Source of the DNA: Eubacteriales bacterium
Lineage (GTDB): Bacteria; Bacillota; Clostridia; Oscillospirales; CAG-272
Length of the DNA: 64,000 bases
Reading direction: 5' to 3'
Assembly: GCA_045656985.1 (NCBI GenBank)
Contig: JAZOSH010000017.1
Location: 17,886 to 81,885, forward strand
The notes beneath the pieces are model-generated. The model worked only from the letters and a program-made list of their open reading frames with translations, did no database searches and was not told the origin of the DNA. Position 1 is the first letter of the stretch; the number at the start of each line of letters is the position of its first letter. A program made the translations under genes and the position numbers. Shown piece by piece: positions 19,150 to 30,600 of this stretch.

Positions 19150-20049
19150 TTAATCTATGTATTTTACTTCACTTTCAAGCAAAACGCCGTATTTTTTATA
19201 AACGGCATCTCTTACTTGATCGGCCAGTGTTAGGACATCACGAGCTGTAGCGCCGCCCATATTTACAATAAATCCTGCATGCTTTTCTGAAACTGTTGCA
19301 CCACCAACAGTAAGACCTTTCAAGTTACAATCATCAATAAGCTTTGCAGCAAAATATCCTTCAGGACGCTTAAAATAGCTTCCACAGCTGGGTTTATCAA
19401 GTGGTTGCTTCTGGCGTCTGCTTTCAGCGTTTTCGCGCATACGAGCATCTATAAGTTCTTTTTGTGAAGGTTTAAGATCAAAATTTACAAGCGTACAGAC
19501 AAGGTCTTTCTTTTCGGTAAAAATACTTTTTCTGTAGCTAAATGCAAGCTCATCACGCCCCAAAAGGAGAACTTCGCCTGTATTGGTATTGATAGCTCTT
19601 ACGCTGATGACCACCTCTGACATCTCGCCACCATATGCACCCGCATTCATAGCAATAGCTCCGCCTACGGTGGCAGGAATTCCTTGGGCAAACTCAAGCC
19701 CTGAAAGAGAAGAGTCGCGTGCAAGCGCTGAAAGCAGGGAAGTCTTAACCCCACATTGGGCTGTGATATTAGTGCCGCTTTGTGAGAGATAGCTCATCTT
19801 TTTTGTACAGATTATAAGTCCACGGTAGCCTTCATCTGAAAAAAGAATATTTGAGCAGTTACCAACCACCTCGAATTTAACGCTATTTTCCTTTGCAAGC
19901 ATAATAGCGCTTGTTAGTTCACATTCATTTTTAGGGTATGCAATACAATCTGCCACACCACCAATACGAAATGTAGAAAGGGAAGAAAGCATTATTTTTT
20001 CTGTAAATTCAATATTAAGCTTTGTAAGCTCTTCACTGATTTTTATCAT
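19150..20049 (-). CDS. murB: UDP-N-acetylenolpyruvoylglucosamine reductase
   Basis: ATG 20049 (MIKISEEL...) lies 1 nt after the upstream gene stop. FAD-binding PCMH pattern (FRIGGVADC..., GIPATVGGAIAMNAGAYGGE) and C-terminal SGSYFKRP-like CGSYFKRP. Confidence 0.9.
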   Translation of the reverse strand: MIKISEELTKLNIEFTEKIMLSSLSTFRIGGVADCIAYPKNECELTSAIMLAKENSVKFEVVGNCSNILFSDEGYRGLIICTKKMSYLSQSGTNITAQCGVKTSLLSALARDSSLSGLEFAQGIPATVGGAIAMNAGAYGGEMSEVVISVRAINTNTGEVLLLGRDELAFSYRKSIFTEKKDLVCTLVNFDLKPSQKELIDARMRENAESRRQKQPLDKPSCGSYFKRPEGYFAAKLIDDCNLKGLTVGGATVSEKHAGFIVNMGGATARDVLTLADQVRDAVYKKYGVLLESEVKYID

Positions 20050-20050
20050 A

Positions 20051-20749
20051 TTATTTTTCACCGTCTCCTGTAATAATAGAATATATATTATCAAAGGAGT
20101 CTGCAATATATGTTATTTCCATGTTTTCAGGTGTAGATTTTTTATTAGGATTATACCAACATGTATCAATTCCAAAAGCGATACCACCCTTTATATCAGA
20201 GGTAAGCGAATCTCCAACTATCAAAGCATCTCTCTTTGAGAAATTAGGGATGCCTTTTTCAACAAATTCAAAGTATCTTACATCGGGCTTTTCATAGCCA
20301 ATAGACTCAGATATAAATACCTCTTCAAAGTACTTATCCATACCACTTACAGCCATTCTGCCTTTCTGTACGAAATCAATTCCATTTGTAACTATATACA
20401 TTTTAACCTTACCGGATAAGGAATCACAAAGCTCTCTTGCTCCGTCAATAAGACAGCCCTTTGTAGCGAGTCTTGAAGTATATGTTTCCGCTATTTTTTT
20501 ATAATCACAAACGAAGTTATATTTTTCGCAAAACATCTCAAATCTGCGGTATCTTAAAACATTTTTTTCAATTTCTCCGCGTTCAAGAGCCTTCCAAAGA
20601 CTATCATTTATTGCACTGTATACCGATACCTTTTCGTCATCAGGCTCTATATTATAGATTCTCAAAGTTTCACGAAGGGCCTCATCCTCTGCACGAAGAA
20701 AATCAAAAAGAGTACCGTCCGCATCAAATAAAATCGTTGTATATTTCAT
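20051..20749 (-). CDS. HAD-IA family hydrolase (YjjG-like nucleotidase/phosphatase)
   Basis: ATG 20749 after GAGG. Motif I LFDADGTLFDF, motif II VTNG, motif IV VGDSLTSDIKGG. Confidence 0.8.
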   Translation of the reverse strand: MKYTTILFDADGTLFDFLRAEDEALRETLRIYNIEPDDEKVSVYSAINDSLWKALERGEIEKNVLRYRRFEMFCEKYNFVCDYKKIAETYTSRLATKGCLIDGARELCDSLSGKVKMYIVTNGIDFVQKGRMAVSGMDKYFEEVFISESIGYEKPDVRYFEFVEKGIPNFSKRDALIVGDSLTSDIKGGIAFGIDTCWYNPNKKSTPENMEITYIADSFDNIYSIITGDGEK

Positions 20750-20897
20750 AATAACCTCATTTACATACCATATTGTTATAATTATACTATGAAAAGATAA
20801 ATTTTTCAATGTTTTATTCGATAAATATTGTTAAAAATGACATTTCCATATTTTCTTCACAAGATATTGACTTTATCCATTAAATTTGGTATAATAA

Positions 20898-22397
<1,500 letters not shown>

Positions 22398-22403
22398 TTA
22401 ATT

Positions 22404-22432
22404 AAAAGCCACCCACATGGGTGGCTTTTTTT
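22404..22432 (+). terminator. Intrinsic terminator after guaB
   Basis: AAAAGCCACCC-ACAT-GGGTGGCTTTTTTT. Confidence 0.9.
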
Positions 22433-22459
22433 ATACCTTGCTTTAAATAATCGTTTAAT

Positions 22460-22491
22460 AAAAACAGCACTCTATTGAGTGCTGTTTTTTA
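22460..22491 (-). terminator. Intrinsic terminator after clpX (symmetrical, could act on both strands)
   Basis: AAAAACAGCACTC-TATT-GAGTGCTGTTTTTT abutting the clpX stop codon. Confidence 0.85.
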
Positions 22492-23820
22492 TTCAAGATT
22501 TCCTGCAACGCTTGTATCTCCAAGCTTAACAGTTTCTTTGAGAATATATCTGGGTTCGCCCTTTGAATTAACGCAATCTGCCGTGATAACGACTTCAACA
22601 ACATCTGTTCTTGAGGGAATCTCATACATTATATTCATCATAAGGTTCTCCATTATTGAACGAAGCCCGCGAGCACCTGTATTTCTCTCAATTGCAAGAG
22701 ATGCGATTGCCTCAAGTGCATCATTTTCAAAGGAAAGGGAAACGCCGTCCATCTCAAAGAGCTTGACATACTGATTGATAAGCGAGTTTTTAGGCTCTGC
22801 GATTATTCTCACAAGTGCATCCTTGTCAAGGTCATCAAGTGTTACTGTTACAGGAATTCTACCGACAAGCTCGGGTATAAGACCAAACTTTACGATATCA
22901 TGAGGAACTACATCTTTGAAAATTCCTTTTTTCTTGCGTTCTTCCTTTTTCTTTATCTCACTTGCAAATCCAACAGTCTGATTTCCTTGACGGCGTTCAA
23001 TTATCTTATCAAGCCCCTCAAATGCGCCTCCGCAGATGAAAAGAATGTTAGAAGTATTGATCTGGATAAACTCCTGATTAGGATGCTTTCTGCCTCCTTG
23101 AGGGGGAACATTTGCAACTGTGCCCTCAAGAATCTTGAGAAGCGCCTGCTGAACGCCCTCTCCCGAAACATCACGGGTAATAGAGCGATTTTCGCTCTTT
23201 CGAGCGATCTTGTCTATCTCGTCAATATAGATTATACCATGCTCGGCAAGGTCAATATCGTAATCAGCAGCCTGAATAAGACGGAGAAGAATATTTTCTA
23301 CATCCTCGCCCACATAACCTGCTTCGGTAAGTGTTGTAGCATCTGCAATAGCAAAGGGCACCTTGAGTGTTTTTGCTAGGGTCTGTGCAAGATATGTTTT
23401 ACCAACACCTGTAGGTCCTATAAGAAGAACATTGCTTTTCTGGAGCTCTACATTATAAGCTTCCACATCATCCTTCTTGGAATTCTTATTTTTCTCAATA
23501 TTCTGTTTGTTAAGGATGCGCTTATAGTGATTATATACCGCAACAGACAAAGCTACCTTGGCATCATCCTGACCGATAACATATTCATCAAGACTCTTCT
23601 TTATCTGAACAGGCTTTGGAAGGGAAGCAAAGGAAAGTCCTTCAGCGTTCTCAATATCTACAGTATTCTCATAAATAAGCCTGTCACAAGCGTCAACACA
23701 AAAGTCACAAATATAAATTCCCGTTGGAGAAGGTATCAAGAAATTAACCTGATTTTCCTTGCGTCCACAGAATGAGCAATATCTCATCTGGGGCATATTT
23801 CCTCCATTATTGTTTGCCAT
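22489..23820 (-). CDS. clpX: ATP-dependent Clp protease ATP-binding subunit ClpX
   Basis: Zinc-binding N-terminus CSFCGR...CDFC. Walker A GPTGVGKT. Walker [10 protein letters not shown]. Confidence 0.97.
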   Translation of the reverse strand: MANNNGGNMPQMRYCSFCGRKENQVNFLIPSPTGIYICDFCVDACDRLIYENTVDIENAEGLSFASLPKPVQIKKSLDEYVIGQDDAKVALSVAVYNHYKRILNKQNIEKNKNSKKDDVEAYNVELQKSNVLLIGPTGVGKTYLAQTLAKTLKVPFAIADATTLTEAGYVGEDVENILLRLIQAADYDIDLAEHGIIYIDEIDKIARKSENRSITRDVSGEGVQQALLKILEGTVANVPPQGGRKHPNQEFIQINTSNILFICGGAFEGLDKIIERRQGNQTVGFASEIKKKEERKKKGIFKDVVPHDIVKFGLIPELVGRIPVTVTLDDLDKDALVRIIAEPKNSLINQYVKLFEMDGVSLSFENDALEAIASLAIERNTGARGLRSIMENLMMNIMYEIPSRTDVVEVVITADCVNSKGEPRYILKETVKLGDTSVAGNLE

Positions 23821-23843
23821 TGATTAAGTCCTTTCAAATCCAA

Positions 23844-24455
23844 TTAAGCACGCTTGTCGTAGATCTTGTCAATAAGACCATACTCAAGTGCCTGCGCCGA
23901 GGTCATGAAGTTATCTCTTTCGGTATCACGAGCGATCTCCTCAATAGAACGGCCTGTGTTTTCAGCAAGGATTCTGTTGAGATTATCTCTTGTACGAAGG
24001 ATAAGCTCTGCCTGGATCTTTATGTCAGTAGCCTGGCCCTTTGCGCCGCCGAGAGGCTGGTGTATCATTATCTCGCTATTAGGGAGTGCAATTCTCTTAC
24101 CCTTTGTTCCTGATGAGAGAAGGAACGCGCCCATGCTTGCAGCCATACCTATACATATAGTGGAAACATCGCACTTGATGAACTTCATTGTATCGTAGAT
24201 AGCCATTCCTGCAGTAACAGAACCGCCGGGGCTGTTTATATAGAAAGAGATATCCTTATCGGGGTCCTGCGCCTCAAGAAAGAGAAGCTGCGCCACAACA
24301 AGAGATGCAGTGGTGTCATTGACCTCATCAGACAAAAAGATAATTCTGTCATTGAGGAGTCTTGAAAAAATATCGTATGAGCGCTCACCTTTGCTCGTCT
24401 GTTCAACGACCATTGGAACTAGTGCATCATACATTCCGTTATTACCGTAAAGCAT
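23844..24455 (-). CDS. clpP: ATP-dependent Clp protease proteolytic subunit
   Basis: Catalytic Ser in [11 protein letters not shown] and His in IMIHQPLGG. 203 aa. Confidence 0.97.
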   Translation of the reverse strand: MLYGNNGMYDALVPMVVEQTSKGERSYDIFSRLLNDRIIFLSDEVNDTTASLVVAQLLFLEAQDPDKDISFYINSPGGSVTAGMAIYDTMKFIKCDVSTICIGMAASMGAFLLSSGTKGKRIALPNSEIMIHQPLGGAKGQATDIKIQAELILRTRDNLNRILAENTGRSIEEIARDTERDNFMTSAQALEYGLIDKIYDKRA

Positions 24456-24537
24456 AAATTATCTCCATTCTGCGACTTATGCTTCGCCACTGTTACATGA
24501 CGAAGCATAGGTGCTATATATTATTAAATTAGATAAA

Positions 24538-25947
24538 TCAGTTAGTTTCTTCTGTTGCCTTAGGCTTTCTTGTTTTCTTGGGCTTGGGAGCTTCCTCTGT
24601 GGTTGTCTCCTCAGCTTTTGCCTCTTCGCTAACAGGTGCTTTGGGAGCTCTGGGCTTTCTGGGCTTCTTAACCTTAATAGCAGCCTTCTCCTTAACAAGC
24701 TCCATAGCTTTCTTTACCTTCATATCCTCAGCAATAGCCTCAACAGGAAGCTGTGCCTTGACATCCTCAACCTCAAGACCGTACATCTTTGCGATATTCT
24801 CAAACTCTGCTGCAATATCCTCCTCGGTAGCCGAGAGATTTTCAAGAGCTGCGATCTTCTCAAGCGCAAGTCTTACCTTTACCTGGCGCTCAGCCTGAGG
24901 TCTCATCTGTGCGCGAAGAGTATCAAGGGTGAGACCTGTGTACTTAAAGTAGGTAGCAAGATCAAGTCCGCTTGCGCGAAGTCTGTTGTCGTAGTCACGA
25001 ACAAAGTTCTCGGTCTCTGCCTCAAACATAGGCTCGGGAATATCAGCCTCAAGCTTCTCCATAAGTGCCTCTGCAAGCTTATCCTCAACGGATGCATCTG
25101 CCTCTGACTCATGTCTCTTCTGGATTTTTGCCTTAATATCTGCCTTATATTCATCAAATGTATCAAATTCAGAAACATCCTTTGCAAACTCGTCATCAAG
25201 TTCAGGAAGCTCTACCTTTGTTATTGCGTGAATCTTTACCTTAAATACAGCTGCCTTTCCAGCAAGCTCTGCTGCGTGATACTCCTCGGGGAAGGTAACA
25301 TTTACATCAAACTCTTCGTCAACCTTCTTGCCAACTATCTGCTCTTCGAATCCGGGGATGAAGGAGCCCGAACCAAGCTTAAGAGCATAATCTGTGCCCT
25401 TACCGCCCTCAAACGCAACACCGTCAACAAATCCCTCAAAGTCGATAACTGTTGTATCATCAAGCTCTGCTGCGCGATCTGTAACATCTATCTCACGGGA
25501 GTTTCTTTCTCTTACAGTCTTGATCTCATTATCTACTTCCTCATCAGTAACGGGAGCGATAACCTTTTCAACCTCTATTCCAAGGTAATCCTTGATCTCT
25601 ACCTCAGGCTTTGTGTAAACCTTTGCAGAGAGAACAAGACCATTGTCATCAATAGAAACAACATCAAATTCAGGCTGACCAACTACCTCAAGTCCGGACT
25701 CCTCAAGAGCCTGGGCATATGCAGAGGGAATAAGATCGTTGATGGCATCCTCGTAGAAGATTCCGCTTCCGTACATCTTCTCAATAATAGAACGGGGAGC
25801 CTTACCCTTTCTGAATCCGGGTACATTTATCTTTGCTGCCTGTCTTTTGTAGACCTTTGTTACAGCTGCATCAAAGGTCTCCTTGTCTACCGAGAACTGT
25901 AATTCATATCTGTTCTTTTCGATAGATTCATTTTTTGTCAAACTCAT
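24538..25947 (-). CDS. tig: Trigger factor with extra Lys/Pro/Glu-rich C-terminal tail
   Basis: Ribosome-binding motif GFRKGKAP. FKBP-type PPIase region. tig-clpP-clpX order. Confidence 0.95.
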   Translation of the reverse strand: MSLTKNESIEKNRYELQFSVDKETFDAAVTKVYKRQAAKINVPGFRKGKAPRSIIEKMYGSGIFYEDAINDLIPSAYAQALEESGLEVVGQPEFDVVSIDDNGLVLSAKVYTKPEVEIKDYLGIEVEKVIAPVTDEEVDNEIKTVRERNSREIDVTDRAAELDDTTVIDFEGFVDGVAFEGGKGTDYALKLGSGSFIPGFEEQIVGKKVDEEFDVNVTFPEEYHAAELAGKAAVFKVKIHAITKVELPELDDEFAKDVSEFDTFDEYKADIKAKIQKRHESEADASVEDKLAEALMEKLEADIPEPMFEAETENFVRDYDNRLRASGLDLATYFKYTGLTLDTLRAQMRPQAERQVKVRLALEKIAALENLSATEEDIAAEFENIAKMYGLEVEDVKAQLPVEAIAEDMKVKKAMELVKEKAAIKVKKPRKPRAPKAPVSEEAKAEETTTEEAPKPKKTRKPKATEETN

Positions 25948-26053
25948 TTTTTAGTTCCTCCAAAATATAAAAATGCATTTTATTTACATACCTAATTATT
26001 TTACTTTTTTTTACCTCATTTGTCAAGAGATATTAAAAGAATTATCTATATTT

Positions 26054-26773
26054 TTATATATGTAGTGGTATAAAATCAAGAAAATCGGCAGATATCAGTA
26101 TGAATTTGATGTCATCATGCTCAAATATACCTGAATTATAATAGTTGCCATGGATATGACCAAAATAAGCGCGCTTTATTCCGTATTCCCGTAACAACTC
26201 AATAATTCGCTCATTCTTGAAATCATTCCAAATAACAGGGAAGTGAAAAAAAGATATTATATCCTTGTCTCCTTCTTTTTCTTGAAGCTTTTTTGCTTCC
26301 TCAAGTCCTATCTTAAGGCGAATTGCCTCACGATTGTTTATTTTTTCAAAATCAGCCGTGACATTTTTAGTCTGTGTTGAAGGGTCAACAAACCACCCTC
26401 TGCTGCCAGTAATGATAAAATCCTCAACAACAAGAGCGTTATTATTGAGAATATCTATAGTATTAAACCCCTCTTTTTCAAAAAGCTCCTTCATTTTTTT
26501 TACAGAGGTCCACCAGAAATCATGATTTCCCTTCATGATTATTTTTTTACCCGAGAGGGAATTAAGAAAGCGGAGATCAGATACAGCATCTTTTAAGGAA
26601 AGCGCCCACGATATATCGCCCGGGATAATAACTGTATCGTTATCATCTACAAGACGATTCCAATTATTTTCAATTTTCTTTTGATAGTCCTGCCATCTGT
26701 TACCGAATATCTCCATAGATTTTGAGGCATTATCGGTAGAGAGATGCAGATCAGCGATCACATAGACAGACAT
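26054..26773 (-). CDS. Metallophosphoesterase (calcineurin-like)
   Basis: ATG 26773 after GGAGAA; the track ORF extends to 27121, antisense to the next gene. Motifs IADLH, GDISW, GNHDFWW, GHIHG. Confidence 0.8.
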   Translation of the reverse strand: MSVYVIADLHLSTDNASKSMEIFGNRWQDYQKKIENNWNRLVDDNDTVIIPGDISWALSLKDAVSDLRFLNSLSGKKIIMKGNHDFWWTSVKKMKELFEKEGFNTIDILNNNALVVEDFIITGSRGWFVDPSTQTKNVTADFEKINNREAIRLKIGLEEAKKLQEKEGDKDIISFFHFPVIWNDFKNERIIELLREYGIKRAYFGHIHGNYYNSGIFEHDDIKFILISADFLDFIPLHI

Positions 26774-26863
26774 CTGTTTCTCCAAAAAAATTATTTTAAT
26801 ATGATACATAAACCTCAATCGGTTGGATACAATAATAGTATTCTTATCAAGGAGGTAAAGGTA

Positions 26864-27064
26864 ATGAACAATGGAACTACCGAAAAACGCGGTTGCTGCA
26901 CGGATAAGTCCGTAAAGCACATCCAAGGAATAAAGTGCGATGTAAAGAACTGTGTTTATCACGACTGTGATACCTATTGCACAGCCGGACAGATTGCCGT
27001 TGGCCCAAGCTTTGCAACAAGCAGTGCTGATACAATCTGTGCTACCTTCAAGGAAAGAAAATAA
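26864..27064 (+). CDS. DUF1540-type small cysteine-rich protein
   Basis: ATG 26864 after AGGAGG. IKCDVKNCVYHDCDTYCTAGQIAVGP matches the DUF1540 CxxxxC..H...C pattern. Confidence 0.7.
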   Translation: MNNGTTEKRGCCTDKSVKHIQGIKCDVKNCVYHDCDTYCTAGQIAVGPSFATSSADTICATFKERK

Positions 27065-27143
27065 CAGTGTATGAAGGTGCTGTTGGGTTGATAAGACGGT
27101 AATTTTATACGAGAGTGGCATCTGTTGACTGATACCTGACTTC

Positions 27144-27200
27144 GAGGACTTGTTTGCAGGAAATTACGCGCGTTTTCTGCAAACGGTCCTCTTTTGTTTT
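27144..27200 (+). terminator. Intrinsic terminator after the DUF1540 gene
   Basis: GAGGACTTGTTTGCAG (27144-27159) pairs with CTGCAAACGGTCCTC (27177-27191), then TTTTGTTTT. It abuts the thrC stop, but the minus strand has no U-tract. Confidence 0.75.
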
Positions 27201-28677
27201 ACATAAATTTGTAAACCTCGTTAAGCATATCCTCGGCGTTAATTACAGTTGTAAAGTTGACCTTACGCTCGGTAAGATTACAAAGGGGGTAGGTTATCTC
27301 TGTACCGGTAAGCGCAGAGAGTTGCTCAAGCGCATCGGTATCGGATTTAGCGGGAGCTCCGGTAATTGACTTGTAAACATCTGCAGCAAACTTATAAGGG
27401 CTTGCAGTAGAAGCAACAATCATCTTTCTTGTGTCACCGGTGCTTGAGATATATTGCTCAGCACAATCAAGGGCAACAGAAGTATGAGTATCTGCAAGGT
27501 ATCCGAATTCGTCGTAATATTTTTTAAGTACCTTTGCAGTAGCTGCTTCATCTGCGCAGTATCCAACAAAGTTATCGGAAATAGCCTTTTTCACTTCGTC
27601 AGAGACTGTATAGCAGCCGTTCTTTGAAAGCTCGTTCATATATCTTCTTGTTTCGTCCGTGCCTGCCGTAAATGAAAGGAGGCGCTCAAGATTACTTGAA
27701 ATAAGTATATCCATTGAAGGCGACATTGTAAGATGGAATTTACGGTTCCTGTCATAAGTACCTGTGCGCAGGAAATCTGTAAGTACATTATTTGCATTTG
27801 AAGCACAGATAAATTTATTTATTGGCAATCCCATAAGCTTTGCAAGATATGCAGCAAAAATGTTACCAAAGTTACCTGTGGGAACGCAGATATTTACAGT
27901 CTCACCATACTTTATCTCGCCTGAATTTATTAGGTCACAGTATGCCGAAACATAATAAACTATCTGCGGAGCAAGGCGGCCCCAGTTTATGGAATTCGCG
28001 CTTGAGAGTGTGTACTTATTATCGGCAAACACCTCATGTGCCTTTGCATCGGAGAAGATTTTTTTAACACCTGTCTGAGCATCGTCAAAGTTTCCGCGGA
28101 TAGCACAGACATTAACATTGTTTCCTGTCTGTGTGGTCATCTGAAGCTTCTGTACCTTGCTTACACCATCAACAGGATAAAATACCATTATCTTGACTCG
28201 GTCAATGTCCTTGTATCCCTCAAGTGCGGCTTTACCTGTATCTCCCGAGGTCGCAACAAGAATAAGTGCTGTCTTATCCTCACCGGTCTTTACAAGCGCG
28301 CGGGAGAGAAGTCGCGGCATTATCTGAAGCGCCATATCCTTAAAAGCAGCGGTAGGACCGTGCCAAAGCTCAAGAGAATAAAGATTATTCTTTACCTTTA
28401 CAAGAGGTGCTGCGCCTCCTCTGAAGGAATTATCGCAATATGCCTCTTTACAGTCTCCAAGGAGCTCCTCATATGTATAATCAGTGAGATACATTGAAAG
28501 TATTTTAGCAGCTCTTTCGGGGTATGATTTTGAGCAAAGATCAACTATATCGCTCTCGGTAAGAGAGGGAATTGACTCTGGAATAAAGAGACCGCCATCG
28601 TCAGCAAGTCCCTTTTTTATGATAAAAGCTGAATCATATTTTACTTTTGATGTGTCTCTTGTACTGTAAAATTTCAT
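27199..28677 (-). CDS. thrC: Threonine synthase (long form)
   Basis: ATG 28677 after GGAAGG. PLP-lysine context GPTAAFKDMALQ. About 490 aa. Confidence 0.9.
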   Translation of the reverse strand: MKFYSTRDTSKVKYDSAFIIKKGLADDGGLFIPESIPSLTESDIVDLCSKSYPERAAKILSMYLTDYTYEELLGDCKEAYCDNSFRGGAAPLVKVKNNLYSLELWHGPTAAFKDMALQIMPRLLSRALVKTGEDKTALILVATSGDTGKAALEGYKDIDRVKIMVFYPVDGVSKVQKLQMTTQTGNNVNVCAIRGNFDDAQTGVKKIFSDAKAHEVFADNKYTLSSANSINWGRLAPQIVYYVSAYCDLINSGEIKYGETVNICVPTGNFGNIFAAYLAKLMGLPINKFICASNANNVLTDFLRTGTYDRNRKFHLTMSPSMDILISSNLERLLSFTAGTDETRRYMNELSKNGCYTVSDEVKKAISDNFVGYCADEAATAKVLKKYYDEFGYLADTHTSVALDCAEQYISSTGDTRKMIVASTASPYKFAADVYKSITGAPAKSDTDALEQLSALTGTEITYPLCNLTERKVNFTTVINAEDMLNEVYKFM

Positions 28678-28698
28678 TTTATACCTTCCTGTAATCAT

Positions 28699-29592
28699 TT
28701 AGAAATTTTTGCTTATAAATATTTCAGCATTTTTACTGAATATTTTTTCAATTAATTTGTCTGTATAGCCAAGCATTGCCATTTTATCTGCTATCAGATA
28801 AAGATCAGAAATAGATTTTAGGTGAGATGTGGTAAGTGCGCCATCAAAATCGCATCCAAAAGCAATTGTATCCTCCCCACCGAGGGAAAGATAATGCTCA
28901 ATATGCTCAATGACCTTCTCAATGTCCTTTGGTGAATCGGGAGCAATTCCAAGATGCTCACAATAGAGATTTATTCCAACAAGTCCTTGACAGTCCTTTA
29001 TCTTAATAAATTCATCATCTGTAAGATTTCTTGGGTGCTGATGTACTGAAAATGCATCAGAATGCGATGCAATTATTGGTTTATTAAGTGTATTTAACTC
29101 AAAAACTCTCTCGGCAGTATGTCTTGATGCATGGGAAATGTCCGGAACAATAGAAAGTTCAAAGCATCGCTTTACCACTTGTTCACCAAAATCGGTAAGT
29201 GAATCGGTCGTGTCAAAGGCGCCGCCTATACATGAGCTTCCACTCCATGTGAGCGTCAGAATTTTCACTCCGCAGGCTGCAAGATAGTCAAGTCTGTTAA
29301 TATCTACACCAAGAAGTCTTGCGTCTTCTACGGCTAAAATAAAGTGTCGAGAGGGGGATATCTCCGCTCTTGAAATATCGTCAAGAAAATATTCGTGTAT
29401 CTTCTTGAAATCTTCAAACGCCTCATCATCAGTCAACGAGTGAGCAGACCATATAGCCATTACCTGGCAGTATTTTTTATATTTTTCCGATTTTTTAAGC
29501 GATACAGCAAGATCATTATCCCAAATTGATTTCTTTTGATGATATATGTTGTAAGCTGTGTCACAGTGCAGATCAAAAAGAGATAGCTCCAT
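28699..29592 (-). CDS. Membrane-dipeptidase (peptidase M19)-family protein
   Basis: N-terminal FDLHCDT and overall M19-like amidohydrolase pattern (...ASHSDAF..., ...FGCDFDG...). Product call is tentative. Confidence 0.55.
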   Translation of the reverse strand: MELSLFDLHCDTAYNIYHQKKSIWDNDLAVSLKKSEKYKKYCQVMAIWSAHSLTDDEAFEDFKKIHEYFLDDISRAEISPSRHFILAVEDARLLGVDINRLDYLAACGVKILTLTWSGSSCIGGAFDTTDSLTDFGEQVVKRCFELSIVPDISHASRHTAERVFELNTLNKPIIASHSDAFSVHQHPRNLTDDEFIKIKDCQGLVGINLYCEHLGIAPDSPKDIEKVIEHIEHYLSLGGEDTIAFGCDFDGALTTSHLKSISDLYLIADKMAMLGYTDKLIEKIFSKNAEIFISKNF

Positions 29593-29600
29593 GTACTCTC

Positions 29601-29996
29601 CTATCGTGCAAAATATGCATTTCTTATATGATTTATCTCGGTAAGCTTGCGAGTGTTCTTATCAAGATACACTTCGATGACATCCATACGCGGCTGCTTA
29701 TTTGTAGGATTTTGTGCCATATAAGCGCGTGCTGCATAAATTAGATTAGACTGCTTTCGTTTATCAACCGCTGAGGCAGCCGTTCCATAATTATCTTGCC
29801 TGTCAGATGATATACCACGGGTCTTTACCTCAACAAAAACAATATATTCCTTGTCGCTAGCTATAATGTCAAGCTCCTTATGCGACTGATGCTTATTTGC
29901 AGCAATTATTTTATAGCCGTTTCGTTTTAGATATTTTGCAGCAAGCTTTTCGCCAAGCCTCCCTGTTTCAATAGCCTTAAGACTTTTTATCATCAT
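29601..29996 (-). CDS. yraN: YraN-family (UPF0102) endonuclease-like protein
   Basis: GEKLAAKYLKRNGYKIIAANKH...ELDIIASDKEYIVFVEVKTR. Overlaps the rnhB 3' end, the usual arrangement. Confidence 0.85.
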   Translation of the reverse strand: MMIKSLKAIETGRLGEKLAAKYLKRNGYKIIAANKHQSHKELDIIASDKEYIVFVEVKTRGISSDRQDNYGTAASAVDKRKQSNLIYAARAYMAQNPTNKQPRMDVIEVYLDKNTRKLTEINHIRNAYFAR

Positions 29997-30600
29997 CTAA
30001 AAACCTGATAAATTTTGTTCTATATATTGGGGCAGGACCGTACTCACGAAGTGCGTCCATATGAGCCTTTGTGCCGTAGCCCTTATGCTTTGCAATACCG
30101 TACATAGGATATTGTCTGTCAAGCTCCTCACACATTCTGTCTCGTGTTACCTTTGCCAGAATCGATGCGGCGGCAATAGAAGGCGAGAGGGCATCTCCAT
30201 GAACCACTGCATGGCAGGGAAGAGTAAATCCTCTTGTCACATTTCCGTCAATAAGTGCGTAATCCGCAGTAATATTTAAGGAAGATATTGCTCTGCGCAT
30301 AGCAAGAAGGGTGGCAGAAAGAATATCAGTATCATTTATTTCATCAACAGATGCTTCGCATATAGAGTATGCTAGTGCTTCCTTTGTGATAATGTCAAAT
30401 ATTTTCTCTCGCTTTTTCTCTGTTAGCTTTTTGGAGTCGTCAAGCCCCTCTATATGAAGTCCGATCGGCAATATGACAGCTGCAGCAACAACAGGACCGC
30501 AAAGTGGTCCTCTACCTGCCTCGTCAACGCCGCAAACCTTCATATATCCGCGAGCATTCATTTCAGCTTCAATGCTATAATCAAGCATCACGCGTTCCAT
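29977..30600 (-). CDS. rnhB: Ribonuclease HII
   Basis: CGVDEAGRGPLCGPVVAAAV...DDSKKL. Start uncertain (30600 MERVM or 30588). Overlaps the rbgA stop. Confidence 0.9.
   Translation of the reverse strand: MERVMLDYSIEAEMNARGYMKVCGVDEAGRGPLCGPVVAAAVILPIGLHIEGLDDSKKLTEKKREKIFDIITKEALAYSICEASVDEINDTDILSATLLAMRRAISSLNITADYALIDGNVTRGFTLPCHAVVHGDALSPSIAAASILAKVTRDRMCEELDRQYPMYGIAKHKGYGTKAHMDALREYGPAPIYRTKFIRFLDDDKKS

Noticed and set aside
24511-25902. Plus-strand ORFs of 198 and 263 aa antisense to tig. Similar long shadow ORFs occur at 121-885, 30972-31649, 39744-40508 and 44061-44552.
   Set aside because: Each is opposite a gene with strong family motifs. They have Leu/Cys/Ser-rich composition and no ribosome-binding sites.
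26774-27121. N-terminal extensions suggested by the ORF track, for example metallophosphoesterase to 27121, GNAT to 55958, potD from 60106, the BofC-like gene from 14062 and murB to 20106.
   Set aside because: Internal ATG or GTG codons preceded by good SD sequences give proteins that start at the conserved family N-termini. The extensions overlap neighbouring genes, promoters or terminators.
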